Below are positions 40,840 through 55,083 of a stretch of 64,000 nt of DNA, piece by piece. The position numbers and the translations under genes were made by a program. Below the pieces are notes generated by a model. That model ran no database searches. It was not told the DNA's origin and was given only the letters and a program-made list of their open reading frames with translations. Within the stretch, counting starts at the first letter, position 1; each line of letters opens with the position of its first letter. This DNA is from Pseudogymnoascus verrucosus. Taxonomy: Eukaryota. Location: assembly GCA_001662655.1 (NCBI GenBank), contig KV460212.1. One strand, 5' to 3'.

Positions 40840-41411
40840 ATGGAAAGGACACCAAGCATGTCAATCGATCGACGCAGTCGCAGTCGCTCAGCGTCGGCCG
40901 ACCAAACTGCAAATGAAGCCTCCCAAGCTGCCATTACACACGATGGCGATGTCACTCACGTGTCACCCCTTTCTCCTCCAGCGTCTCTTCCTCCATCTGT
41001 CGATGCACGCACGGGACCAAGTACTAACGAGCTTATGGAACGCGAGCAAGGAATCGTCGATGCCATGCTTCTCAGATTCAAGAACATCATTGAGCTTGCT
41101 ACCACGAACAAGGGAGATGTGACTGCGGAAGTTGCTGCTGCCCAAGCTTTCCAGACGAATGTCGAGACGCAGGCTTTGGTATGTCTACTGTTATTTGATT
41201 CAAGTTGAGATTGAGAAGCTAATAAATACGCCAGATCCGCGCCGCTCAAGACCTCCTCTCACTTACGCGGGAGATGAAGGAGTTGTGGCTTTTCGGCCCC
41301 TTGAGAGGACTGGGTGAAGGAGAGGAGGGTGGTTCGATTGATGACAATTCCAAGAGAGTCGTCGAGATGGTTGAAGCAATGATTCAAGAGCGCACAGGAA
41401 GAGAAATGTAG
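40840..41411 (+). CDS. MED22: Mediator subunit Med22 (Srb6)
   Basis: LLRFKNIIELA..ETQAL|IRAAQDLLSLTREMKELWLFG motif; 1 intron; TAG at 41409-41411. Confidence 0.85.
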
Positions 41412-41453
41412 ACACGATGATTTACGAGCGTACGAGAATAGAGGCATAGGGAG

Positions 41454-41589
41454 AGATGCAAATGATAACCCATTTCATATTTAATGCTAAGTCTGCTGCC
41501 CGATCGATCCGTGCTGTGATTCCGTCCTTCCAAGTATAGCAAGATGCAAATGATAACACATTTCATATTTGATGCTAAGTTTGCTGCCC
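41454..41589. repeat. 48-bp direct repeat, two copies, 40-bp spacer
   Basis: 41454-41501 and 41542-41589 (AGATGCAAATGATAAC..GCTGCCC), 3 mismatches. Confidence 0.9.
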
Positions 41590-41908
41590 ACACCCCAAAA
41601 CCAACCTTCCCAATGCCCGTCTAACTACCCAAAAATGACATGCAATATTCGCAAGCCTGGTGTAAGTTATGATAGCCTGTAATAACGCTATTGTGCAACG
41701 GTAATAATGGTTCATCCCCCAGCTTCACGACATGCAACATGCCCTTCACGTCTCATTCATCCATTCATTGCATCATATGTGCTTCGTGCATTCCCAACCA
41801 TGAGGAAACCGAGTTGGTGTGCATCAAGAATCTATCCTTGCCGTGAATAAAAAATGTTCTTTAATCGGATAAATGTACTCCTCTACCGCATCGGTGAGCT
41901 TTGAGAGT

Positions 41909-43428
<1,520 letters not shown>

Positions 43429-44772
43429 AGAGCAGTAAGATTTCCTGGGCAAGGCACAAAGTTGCCAATATGGCGTTGGATTTGGGAGCAGATAATGGCC
43501 GTCAACGGTAGTTGTTTGCCGATCGGTGAGACCAATGTGTCGCAGACAGACGTTTACGACAAAACGTATGAAGCGGATATGGCCAGTTCAGTCTCAGGGT
43601 GAACTGCCCAGCCTGGAGTGATCAATTGGGTGAATTTGATCGCTAATGTTGAATATTGAATATCGAGGTTCAGCCAGTGTTAAGAATAAATTGGGTGATA
43701 ATGATGCTGAACAGCAATGACGCTGTGGTGTCGTTTCGGGTCTGGACGCGAACTCCGGGTAGTGTTTTCGATATAGTAGCAGTGGTGAAGAAAAGGAAAG
43801 GGTCGGGAGGTAGAAGAAGAATATTTACCTCAATTCTGTATTGGATTGAGGCGGAATAGAGAGGAGAGGAGGTTGTAGTGTTTTGAAGTCGTGAAAGCGT
43901 GGGGAGGGTAGAAGCGTAAGAGAGGGGAGGGATGTTGAAGTGGGGTGGTGAGGTGACGAGAGGTGTGGGAGGTGGGAGGGTTTGGGTTGGCTCGTGCTGG
44001 TTGGCTGTATGTTTGGCTGTGTGTGGAGGAGTATTTTGGCTTTGCATGTACTGATCGTACTCTATTGATTGTATGTAACTAACTGCACATGTATGTGTAT
44101 GTATGTATGTACTGCAAGAGATGTAAGAGGGTATAAAGCACTTGTATATACAGCACAATTCGGGCTCTATTTCTATATATTTGAATCGTACGGTTTGTCA
44201 CTCTACCTTATAGCTATGGCTGGTCGACTTTTGAGCTGTGGTGGACTGGCAATGACGGGCATCCGGCCGATAGCAAGTGGAAGCAGCTCAGCTGGCAGCG
44301 AAGTCATTTACAGCGTGTGATGTATAGCTGCGGGAAGTTGAGCTGGGAATATTGAGCTTAAGCTGCCGTTTCTGACTCTGAGTGGCTCTAACTGGCCCAA
44401 AAGCGGAGTTTACGGTACTATGGATAACGGAGTCTATCATATCATGTTAGTGCATAGTGGAGAGAATGGGACTACCCCAGCCTATGGGATTGTTTATACC
44501 GGCCTATGATTGCTTATGATTGCTTCTAATGGCCCATGATTGTCTGTGGTTGAACTATGGGGTTGGCAAATGTTGCATCATGGACTTTGGTTCAGGCTAG
44601 TAGGCTAGTTGAGCCCAGAACCATACATCGTCATACAAAACAGACCATAAGGCGTGAACCCCACAACGACGACCCGTCATCGTGATCCGCACTTCTCCAT
44701 ACACCTACACCAGGCTTACGAATGCTGCATGTCATTTTTAGGTAGCTAAAGATGGGACATTAGTTCTCGATA

Positions 44773-44860
44773 GAGTATGTATGTGTTAGACGGGCATTGG
44801 CTTTCAATGGAGTATATATGTGTTAGACGGGCACGACCTTTCAATTGGAGTATGTATGTG
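44773..44860. repeat. About 37-bp tandem repeat, 2.3 copies
   Basis: Unit GAGTATGTATGTGTTAGACGGGCA..CTTTCAAT starting at 44773, 44810 and 44848 (partial). Confidence 0.88.
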
Positions 44861-45000
44861 ACATTGGCAGAATTAGCAATAAGGGTCGCCTTTGTGGGAA
44901 ACCAAATTGGCCCAAACGAAACTACAGATAGTGGCTAGCTTATAGAACCCTATCTATACATGTACATCGCACCCTTTCCTATCTTTCAGGGAGCTCCGGT

Positions 45001-46990
45001 TCAACCCTCTTCGGCACCATTTCCACCCTCATCTTCAGAGCCCAATCCCACCGCTTCGTCCGCCTTACTGGGGACTTCACCCTTGCCCAAGGCCTGTTTG
45101 GCAGCAGAGATGCCGGTGGAGGTAACCCATAGGAAGTACTCTGAGCGATAGTGATCGATATGGTGGAAGAAGGTATGGAATCTGCAAGGGGTTAGTTTTT
45201 AATATCGGAATATGGGTGGACTACATACTGGTTCTCCTTCTCTTCTTCCCTGTATATTCTCTCGTAAATCTCCCGTTGTTTGAACTCGTTGATCTCTGCC
45301 TCATACTTCGTAAAATCAATCTTCTCTCGTTGAAGGTCCTCGACGGCTCTCTTGTTGTAGCTATCGAATACGGGCCTCTCCAAAAGGAGACCAAGCCCAG
45401 GCGCTTTTGGAATGCTGATTTTATGGTTCTGGTAACTTTCATTAATGCGCTCGATTGGAGTGCCGCATCGGACCACCAGCGCTGCCATAGCCACCATCTT
45501 TCTGATTTGGTGCATCATGAAAGATTGCCCATGGACCTTGAGAGACAACCATTCGGTGTCATTAACGTAAACAGGTTCAGGGTTTACAGTGAATGAGCGG
45601 ATGACTCGCTTTGCGGAATCTTCCTTGAAACTCTTCTGAATCGTATAGTTGTGGAAGTTTCGTGTTCCCAGATATGCGGACAGTGCTTCTTGCACTCTAT
45701 CGCGGCGAGTCTCGGAAATTCTATACGCCTTCTTGGCTTTAATATAAGCCGCCTTAACTTCTTTAATGGCCGCCTCCAATGGAGTGAGAGGTTTCGGTAT
45801 CTTCTCTATCTTCTCGCCCGCTGCGGCAGTGATAGTAGCGGGTAAGTCCTCCTTGTCATCCGTTGTCTCAGGAGATGTTTTCGCATCCCCCGTAGAATCT
45901 GTTGATGTGCTCTCCTTAACTTGACCACCTTCGGATTCATCTTTTAATGCAGGAGTAGCAGGTTTCCCCGAGGAGGTTTTCTCCTCCTCGGTATTCTCAT
46001 CAGGGTTCTCAACCACATCCTCTGTATGGATAGCTGACATAACACTGGCTCGTAGCTCTGGGTCAAGTTTTTCAAGTATCGGCTTGATGTATTTCTCCTC
46101 AGTTTCAGCCCAGAAACCAGCAACCTCTTCCTGGCGAGAGTTGTAGGATTCCAGGTTTCCCTCTGCGGTAGCGGAATCAACCAGCTTCTTTGCAAGATAG
46201 CTCTGGGGATGGGGCGGCAAGAACGAATGAGTCGGGATGAGATATTCATACCATCTGGAATCGCATGTCTGGTAGCAACTGAAAGATGCGTTGGTTCTCT
46301 CTATGCCCCAGACCCTGATCTGTGGAGGCAATGCAGCGTTTATTTTCTCCACGATGCCTTCCTCATCGATGATCAGTTTTAGAGATATGACATTGCCTGC
46401 AGCGTGGACACCTTTGTCCGTTCTCGCACAGCGGACCAGCGAAGACTTCTTTGGGTCATCTGCATTGGCTTTGGAAATGGCCCCTGCCGTCACAAAGGCG
46501 GAAAAGAGGTCTCCTTCAATGGTCTTCTCTGTCGTATTTATTTGCATGCCCTTGTATCCAGATCCTGCATAACCAATAAGCACAGCCACTTTGCGCTTTG
46601 GTCTGCGCTCCTCTGCTGCTATTTCCTCTTTCGAAAATGGTGATTCAGGGACAGCGCCCTCTCCGAACTCGGCGATTTTTCGTCTCTTTGACTCTTGCTC
46701 CTCCTCATTCCTCTTGCGCTTGTCAACTAGATTTCGGCTTATTTAGTTAGTCGGAAGTCGACGTAGGGTTTCTCATAAACAAACCTCCATTCCCCCCTAC
46801 CCTTCTCTGTCTTCGGCTGGCGCGAACCATGGTTATTACCCCCGCGGCCCCCGCGCCCTCTGCCTTTCCCAGATTCTCGCCCGCCGTCATTCCCGCGCTT
46901 CCTGTCTTTGCCATGGCGGTCGCGGTCATCGATAGGCCTCGAATTGGTTGCGACTGGAGCATCGCCAGAGGATTTGTTTTGATCCGCCAT
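45001..46990 (-). CDS. PUS1: tRNA pseudouridine synthase Pus1 (TruA family)
   Basis: KRKVAVLIGYAGSGYKGMQ, catalytic ARTDKGVHA, GTRNFHNYT, GQSFMMHQIRKMV, PKAPGLGLLL; 2 introns. Confidence 0.94.
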
Positions 46991-47462
46991 CTTGCCAAGT
47001 ATCTGATGCTTATCATCGCCAATGTCTGGCGTTCTGAGTTTATTTTCAATCCAGTTCCAAAAATTTAACGCTAGGGGCGCCTAGGAGACGCCGCTTGTGC
47101 ATGAACGGCGCTTATCTACTCTATCAGCCTTACAGCCTTGCCGATAACCAAGATCCTTCAAAGTCAGGTAGAACATTAACTTCCTAGTCGTCAAACACTG
47201 ATATACTGGTTCAGTTTTAACTAACAACGAGCTCTATTCTACCTATTCTCTTCAAAGCAAATCTCATGACCACAGCGCATGGTGCATCTGGCCATGCATG
47301 CGCGCAAATACAACTACAGTTAATATAATCCATCCGCCAACCTTCCTGCCACCACAGATCATCCGGTGTTCACTTTTCTAGGCGCATTAGAAATAAGGCT
47401 CTTAGATTTCAGCCCGGCATACCTATCAACATAATAACTACTTTCAGGTTAAGAAACCAACT

Positions 47463-48910
47463 ATGGATCTCGCCCAGACACTCGTACGCTCTGTCATGAG
47501 AGCCTTTTATGACACAAAGCATATTCTGGTCATTGATGCATTGATTATACACTCAGCGTATGTCCCTTGGGGTGGTTTGTAAACCTGATTGTGGTGTTGA
47601 CCAGGACAGCTTGCGAGATGACGATATGGCCTTTCTGATGGGTATGAACACCAAAGAGCTTCACAAGTTATGCGGAAAGCTCAGGGAAGACAGGTTCTTG
47701 GCAGTGTATGTTTGAACAGGCCTTCCCAGAGATAACTTTCTGACATGATTCCTCAAACAGACATACCCGATCTGAGACAAAAGAGGGCCAACAACGTCCC
47801 ATAAACAGGACCTATTACTATATCGATTATCGCGCCACGGTGGATGCAATCAAGTGGCGGGTATACCGTATCGACAAGAATGTTCAAGGCAATACCATCC
47901 CGAAGGAAGAGAGGAAGGAATATGTCTGTCCACGTTGCCAGTCTGAATGGACACAATTGGAGGTTCTGGACAAGATCGACTACAAGCTGGGTTTCTTGTG
48001 CCATAAGTGCAGTTACCCGCTTGTCCCCAATGAGCACGGAGACAGTGGTGGCCATGAGCAATCTACAAGACTCAATGCTCAATTCAGATTTATCACGGAC
48101 CTACTTCCGAAAATTGATCAAGTGGTTATTCCCGATAGCACCTTTGAGGTCGCCTACGCAGCTGCACGACCAGTCATTCGAGATGCCTTGCTCAATCCTG
48201 CAAATGAGACAGTCCCTGTCGACTCGTTATCTAATAGGCCCACAGCAGTCAAAGGCCTCACAAATACCGGCCCAACAAGCATTGCAGTCACAGTTACAGC
48301 CTCTGAAGGGCCAACAGAGGCAGACAAGGCTGCTGAGCAAGCGCGCAGAGAAGCGTATTTGGCGCAAAATGTGCTTCCGGCTCATTTCACACACAGTACT
48401 GTGACTGGTGAACAGATTATCCCTACCTCGCAACCAGCCATGAAGTCAGAGTCTCTGGAAGAAAGCAAGGACAAGAAAGATATTGTCACCACGCCATCAT
48501 TTTCGGGTGATGGAGCTGCGATTGATGACTACTTTGCACAACTTAAAGCCGAACAGGCTCGAGAAGCAGAAAAGGAGGCAGAAGATGAGTTCGAGACGGA
48601 TGAGGACGAAGATGAGGATGAAGATCTGGGTTTCGAGGACGTAGTGCCAGCTACCGGGTCTGGGGTTGGCACACCGAGCAGCGCCGTTTCGGATTCTAAG
48701 CCGCACGCCGGTGGTCTTGCCAGCGCACTGAGGAAGTCCAAAGCGGGGACAGGCAGTCCCAGTGGGGGCACGAGCACAGGGGTTGGTAGCCCTGCGACAG
48801 GACCAGGAACTCCAGAAAGTGGGAGAGCATCGAAGAAAGTAAGAATTGAAGAGCCGGCGGCGGCAGAGGAGGTTGAGAGTGAGGAGGATGTTGAATTTGA
48901 AGACGTTTGA
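47463..48910 (+). CDS. TFA1: TFIIE large (alpha) subunit
   Basis: LVRSVMRAFY, LHKLCGKLREDR, TYYYIDYRATVDAIKWR, Zn ribbon CPRC..FLCHKC, acidic tail with GFEDV and EFEDV; 2 coding introns. Confidence 0.94.
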
Positions 48911-49351
48911 TCTGCCGGTGGGCAGATAGCGTAGATTCAACTTGGAGGACTAGGACTGTTTAAGGGGTAGGGAAATCACACTTGGGGTGGGGGAGTTGTA
49001 CTCGTCGAACTGGGACGCTGAGATATTGCTTTTGCAGTCTGAGACATACGAGATAGCTCACCCCACCAGCCACAGCAATACTCTCAGCCCTACCCTCAGA
49101 ACCCCAAACGGCGTAGCAAAAGGTAGCGGCATGTTGCGGAGGGAACAGTCTGGAAAGCTGGGTTGCAAAGCACCATATAATGACTCCAAATCCACCTAAT
49201 ACAAATAAAAACTTGCATTTGTCAGAGACTTATCACTAGGAGACCCCTGCCCCAATCCAGTGATATAAGTTTGTTTGAAATTGCTAATTGAAAAAAATCC
49301 CATAGGCCGAACAAATTCCTCCAGAGCCATTTTAATTTAATATTTACATGC

Positions 49352-51247
49352 TTAGCGCTTCTGATTCTCGTCCATTTCACCATCCGTGATGCATCCACGG
49401 CTGGCATCGCTGACCAACCTAGCGTACTTCGCCAAAGTTCCCTTCTTGTACTTCAACGGGGGTGCAACCCAGGTTTTCCTTCTCTCAGCCAGCTCCTTCT
49501 CCGATACGTTCAGATCCATCCTCTTCGTCTCCGCATCAATGGTAATCTCATCCCCATCTCTCACAAGTCCGATTGGTCCACCCTCCTGGGCCTCAGGGAC
49601 AACGTGACCGATCAAGAAGCCGTGGGATCCACCGCTGAAGCGTCCATCAGTGACCAATGCACAGTCCTTACCGAGACCAGCTCCCATAATGGCGGAGCTG
49701 GGCTTCAGCATCTCTGGCATACCAGGTCCTCCCTTGGGGCCCTCGTAGCGGATGACAACAACGGTCTTCTCGCCCTTCTTAATCTCGCCACGCTCGAGCG
49801 CCTCAATGAAGAGACTCTCAGCGTCGTAGACCTTCGCCTTACCAGTGAATGTCAGGCCCTCCTTTCCAGTGATCTTTCCAACGGAGCCGCCAGGGGCGAG
49901 CGAGCCACGGAGAATCTGGATGTGTCCAGTCTCCTTGATTGGGTTGGAGAGCGGGCGGATGATGGTTTGGTCGCTTGGGAATTCTGGGAAGGCCTCCAAG
50001 TTCTTGGCGAGCGTCTTTCCGGTAACAGTCATGCCAGTGCCGTCGATTAATCCTTCCTTCAGGAGGAACTTGAGGAGCGACGGTGTGCCACCAATGTTGT
50101 GAAGGTCGGCCATGACGTACTTTCCGGAGGGCTTGAGGTCGGCCAAAAATGGAATGCGGTCAGAGACGGCCTGGAAGTCGTCGATGGTAAGCTTGATGCC
50201 AACGGAGTCGGCAATGGCAATCAAATGCAGGACGGCGTTGGTAGAGCCACCGGTGATGATGACAACGATCATGGCGTTCTCAAAGGCCTGGCGAGTAAGA
50301 ATGTCACTGGGACGGATGTCTTCTTGCAGGAGAGTCTTGATAGCACCACCCGCAGCCAAACACTCAAGGTACTTCGCCTGGGACTCAGCTGGGTTAGACG
50401 AAGAACCTGGCAGGGTCATGCCCATGACCTCAATTGCGGTAGCCATGGTGTTGGCAGTGTACATACCACCACAAGCACCACCTCCTGGGCAGGCGTGGCG
50501 GATGATATCGTAACGAACTTCCTCCGTGATCTCGCCGGTAATAAACTGTCCGTATGCCTGGAACGCAGAGACAATATCGATATCAGCGTTGCCTTGGGTC
50601 GCGGAGCAACCTGGCTTGATGGATCCTCCGTAAACCATCAATGAGGGGCGGTTGACACGGCCCATTGCCATCATCACACCAGGCATGTTCTTGTCACAGC
50701 CTGGAATTGAGATGTTTGCGTCATACCATTGTCCGCCCATCACAGTCTCAATGCTGTCTGCAATCAAATCTCTCGACTGCAAACTGTAACGCATACCGGT
50801 AGTTCCCATGGAAATACCATCTGATACACCAATGGTGTTGAATTGGTATCCCACAAGTCCAGCTCTTTCAACACCTTCCTTAACTCTGTGGTTGAGGTCG
50901 AGGAGATGCATGTTGCAAGGGTTGCCAGAGTGCCAGACGGACGAAATTCCAACCTGCGCCTTGTTTAACCTCTCCTCTGTCATGCCCGTGGCATACAGCA
51001 TAGCCTGCGAGGCACCTTGCGATTTTGGCTGCGTGATTGTAGCCGAGGTCTTGTTGAGCTGTCGCTCCGAGTCCTTGGGGGCTGCATTGCGGAGAGGTTG
51101 TGCGGATGATAATGAACGACTGCGGTTATATAGTTAGCAGCTACATCATATCCATAACAAATCATAGAGATAATCGTACATATAATTGGGAGCTCTGGGG
51201 AAGTTGAGAACACGGGCATTCGCCCGGACTCTCAATCGTGCGTGCAT
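49352..51247 (-). CDS. ILV3: Dihydroxy-acid dehydratase, mitochondrial
   Basis: [68 protein letters not shown]; Arg-rich presequence in exon 1. Confidence 0.97.
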
Positions 51248-51400
51248 GACGGCGATTGACGTCAAAAGCTCAAAGCTTCTAGAAACCTTGCTTTCGTGTC
51301 AACAAGGTCGTGCCAAACTTTCGATTCCTCGTCAATAGCTAAGCTATGCCTCGAAAGACACTACAGCGCAGTGCCACTTGTTAATTGTGAAGTGGTGAGG

Positions 51401-51407
51401 TGACTCA
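51401..51407. promoter_or_regulatory. Gcn4/CpcA (cross-pathway control) site upstream of ILV3
   Basis: Perfect TGACTCA about 155 bp upstream of the ILV3 ATG, an amino-acid biosynthetic gene. Confidence 0.65.
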
Positions 51408-51440
51408 AAAGTATACCTTCTAATATTTTAGAGCAACTCT

Positions 51441-51450
51441 CCGATTCCGG
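51441..51450. promoter_or_regulatory. Leu3/LeuB-type site upstream of ILV3
   Basis: CCGATTCCGG fits CCG-N4-CGG, upstream of a branched-chain amino acid gene. Confidence 0.55.
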
Positions 51451-51805
51451 GGAGCCGGAAGATCTTAACTCCGGATGTGTTTGATATCTCACGATTATAA
51501 TTGGTCAATCCACGCTTATGAGGGGAGAGCTGTTGCACAGACAATTGTTCGAATCTCAACTGAGGCACAAAACCAGATTCAGGATCCAAGGTCTCAATTA
51601 ATGGTCATCCTGTTACCCGCCTATAATGTTTGTACAGCTGTATCTAAATTGCCAACCTTTCCGTTCCATTATCCCCGAAGTTCCCTTGCCCCCCTTTGTC
51701 AGAACCATTCCTATGTGACAAACCCCACCTTTCCCAAAACTCCTTTAGTATTCACGGTAATGATTGTCCAATAATTAAATATACAGGCGGACTCTCCTGT
51801 CAGTA

Positions 51806-54033
51806 TCATAATAACTCTATGTCGTCCGCCTTTCCCACCTCTTCTTCGTTCCGAAACCTAATGCCGCCATCAACACGAATAGCATTTTTCACCCACTCAA
51901 TCTGTGCCACCCTGTCTACAGTCCATCGACTGCGCGCTCTTTTCAAAAGATTTTCGGTTATTTCCATTGCCGTCTTCAGGCCAGCAGCTTCAAATTTCGC
52001 TTCATCTGCCTCATGGTCGCCGTCTTCACCTTCCCACATGACCCATCTCCACTCTACCCTGGCAATCCGGTGGGAGGTTCTGGATCGCTGCTTGTGGCCC
52101 TCCGATAGCCCAGGGTTGGGGTCAAAAGGAAGCCTCGACTCCAGAAGGGCATAGAGAAGGACGCCCAGGCTCCAGGCGTCTACGGCACGACCATCATATG
52201 GCTGGCCCATGATCACCTCTGGAGCTGCATAATCATCGCTTCCACATCTTGTCGTAAGCTTCTCATCATCCGTTACATATCTTGCCAAGCCAAGGTCCGT
52301 AACAGTTATGACAGAGTGTGGGTATGTACTCCAGTCGGTGGGTTTTGTTAGCTCCGAGTGTGGGAGATTGACCAAGACATCTACCATTGTTAGGTACGTG
52401 ACAAAAGGCTTGCAATCAGTTTTCACTTACTCTCTAGCTTGATATCGCGATGAACTATGTGGCGCTCATGCAAATATTGTATAGCAGAAACGATCTCCGC
52501 GAATATCCGTTGGAGAAGAGATGGACCAAGGATTGAAGGGCGCTGGCTTGCAACTTCGAATAGGTCTCCGCCGGGGCAGTAACCTAGCACAAGAATCGCT
52601 CTAGACTCCTCCATGCTCCATGCTTGTAGCTCTACCAATGACGGGTGGTGTATCGATTTCATAAGCTCCAGCTCTCGTTTCAGAGAAATTTCCACTCTTT
52701 CTTCAGATGCGCCTCCTTTAGGGCCATGCTCACATATCTTGACAGCTACCAGTTTCTTGGTGTCCGCCTCAGTTAATGCGGCTTCCGTGGCGCCATTATC
52801 TGGAACAGATACATCATCTTCATCTACCGTATTACTGTCTTTTTCCAACTGGCTTGTTGCTAGGACAACTTTGCTGAAAGTGCCTTCTCCCAATAGCTTC
52901 AATGCCCTCCATCTTCTTTTCCTATTGTCGGCGATGGTGACCGCATCGAAATAAATATGTTTAGACCTCTTTTTATAATCCTTTACTATTGGCTTTGTTG
53001 CGCTGGAAGCAGCCGAATCACTCTCGCTGCTCTCCCCTCCGGTTCGACTGGATGGCGGCGTTGGCGGCCGTGGTACTGGCGCAATGCCTCTCTGCAGCGC
53101 AAGATTCGGCTCTCTGCGCATATGGGAATCTACGGGTGGAGCATGATCAGGAGGCATGTCTTTAGGATAAGTGCCTGAAACAGACTGCTGGCGTTTCTTA
53201 GGCGCTTGCGGATCAGGCGTGTATTCGCTCAGGCTTCTATTCCTTGCGTGAGTTGAGTTTTGTATCTCTCTTTTGTAGCTAGACGGTTTGGAGGCAACGT
53301 CTTCTGAGTTTAGGAGAAGTCCGTGGTATGCGCGACGCTTAGACTCGTTCGCAATAGCTGACGGGATCAGTTCTCCGTTTGGCGTCACGAGAGCCGTATC
53401 CCCAGTCAGCGGGGCCGTCCTGGATTCATTGTATTCGGACCTAGATATGCGCCGCCTCCATGGGCCAGGAGAGTCATTTGACATAATTGGGGACGGAAGG
53501 GGTGTAAGGTCCGGCATTGCATTCAGTTGAGGCGAAGATAAGGCCGAGTTTGGTGCGGAGCCAGTATACGAGTTTGACCCAAAGCTGCTCGCAAGAACCT
53601 GCTTTATACTCGGTGTCCTCGCAATAGGGATGGCCTTTGAGGCACGCCGTTCTTGGTTGGTATCTGACGCATCGAGCTCCGGTGGCCGTGAAGTGAAGCT
53701 TCTTTGTACTCGTAGCCTGGATGCGCTGACAGGGCTTGAATCAGGACTCGAAGCGCCCGAATATCTCTGCTGCGCCGTATTCAGGGAAGACAGGGCCGTT
53801 CGTAATTGCGACGGGGCGCATAAGGTCGGTGGGGGTGGTGAGGGTGCTATCGTCGTAGAAGTGAAGACAAGGTCCTCTGGTGTGCGTCGCGGCAGCGCCT
53901 TAACGTCGTGTGTATCATTTTGGGTAATTAGAGGCTCTTCATGACCTATTAAATGTTGGGCTGCAAAATCCGTCTCTGAGTCGTTGTCTTCTTCGCTGCG
54001 AGCGGTTGGGATGTGGTGGTTCGGGTCCGTCAT
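51806..54033 (-). CDS. Ser/Thr protein kinase (Prr1/Nnk1-like, CAMK-related) with long disordered N-terminus
   Basis: LGEGTFSKV, VAVKI, GGDLFE, HRDIKLE|N, DLGLAR, TRCGSDDYAAPE, DAWSLGVLLY; 1 intron. Confidence 0.88.
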
Positions 54034-55083
54034 TGTTGCACCACGATGGGGACGGCCTCAATGATGAGCTGCTGTGCTCGCTCTCACGAGAGAAATAGGA
54101 ATAGGGCCAGTTTAGGAATGCTGATAACAAGCAACATTGTTTTGGACGTGTATAGATTCGGGAGAAGGTGAAAGGGTGTGTAACGTTGGTGGTGAAGATC
54201 CGTACGGAGGAAATTGCTTTTGACCTTGACCTCTTTCTCTTGGGGTCAGATGGGATGATGAGTCTGCGTTGTAACGTCGTTCTAAGGTGACTGGCTGGTT
54301 GCAAGTCGCTGTCACGAAAGGATCCAGAACCTACGGGCGATAGGACTAGGATAAATTAGGTTAACGGGGTTTTAACAGGGCCAAGGTGCTGAGCCGTGTG
54401 AGTGAGCGCAGATGGGATTTTGTGGTTTGAGCGGACGGAAAGGGCGCCGTTCTCGTGTCGTACCCTCAAAGGAGATGGTGGGATGGGATGGAGTACCTGC
54501 CGGCTTTTTGCCTGGGTTCTTCCAGAGCTTCCTTTCCAATGGTTAAAGTACAGTATATATATAGAGAGAATCCTCGCGCCAGAGGTCAGATTACAATTAA
54601 GGAAATAAGTTGTTGCATAGCAGGTATAGTACGTAGTAAGTTTGTCAAAAACAACATCGTGGAAGTGGGATGAGGAGGTGTTTTTAAGTTTTTCTGGTCC
54701 CTCTCTCATGGCGCGGCTACAACCGAACCTACATGTACTGTAGCTCAGTTACATCAGTGTCCCCAGCTTGACGTCCAGTTAGAAATGCGCATCAAGCACG
54801 ATTGAGAATGGATTGGGAAAGTCCGAGGCGGCGATGGTGGAGTATGTTCGAGTACAAGTGTGTACGGTATGCACAGTACTATACTGTATGTAACCTTGCA
54901 TTTCCTTGGACGGCTGGACGACGGAAACCCCTCATTCAGCCAAGCCATTACAGTTCCACTTACCCCGCAGACAAACTCGTACTGTACATAGACAGATAAT
55001 ATGGATCAATTAAGGGCATAGCATAGTGTGAACAAAAAATTATATCTAGAATTTGCCATTTTGCCATTTTGGGGGTTACTGTC

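Noticed and set aside
43670..44158. 162-aa minus-strand ORF upstream of PKA
   Set aside because: Low-complexity C/T/A-rich leader or promoter sequence with no protein-like signature
47168..47448. Possible TFA1 5'-UTR intron hosting an H/ACA snoRNA
   Set aside because: Only weak hairpins, no clear branch point or convincing boxes; needs an Infernal/Rfam search
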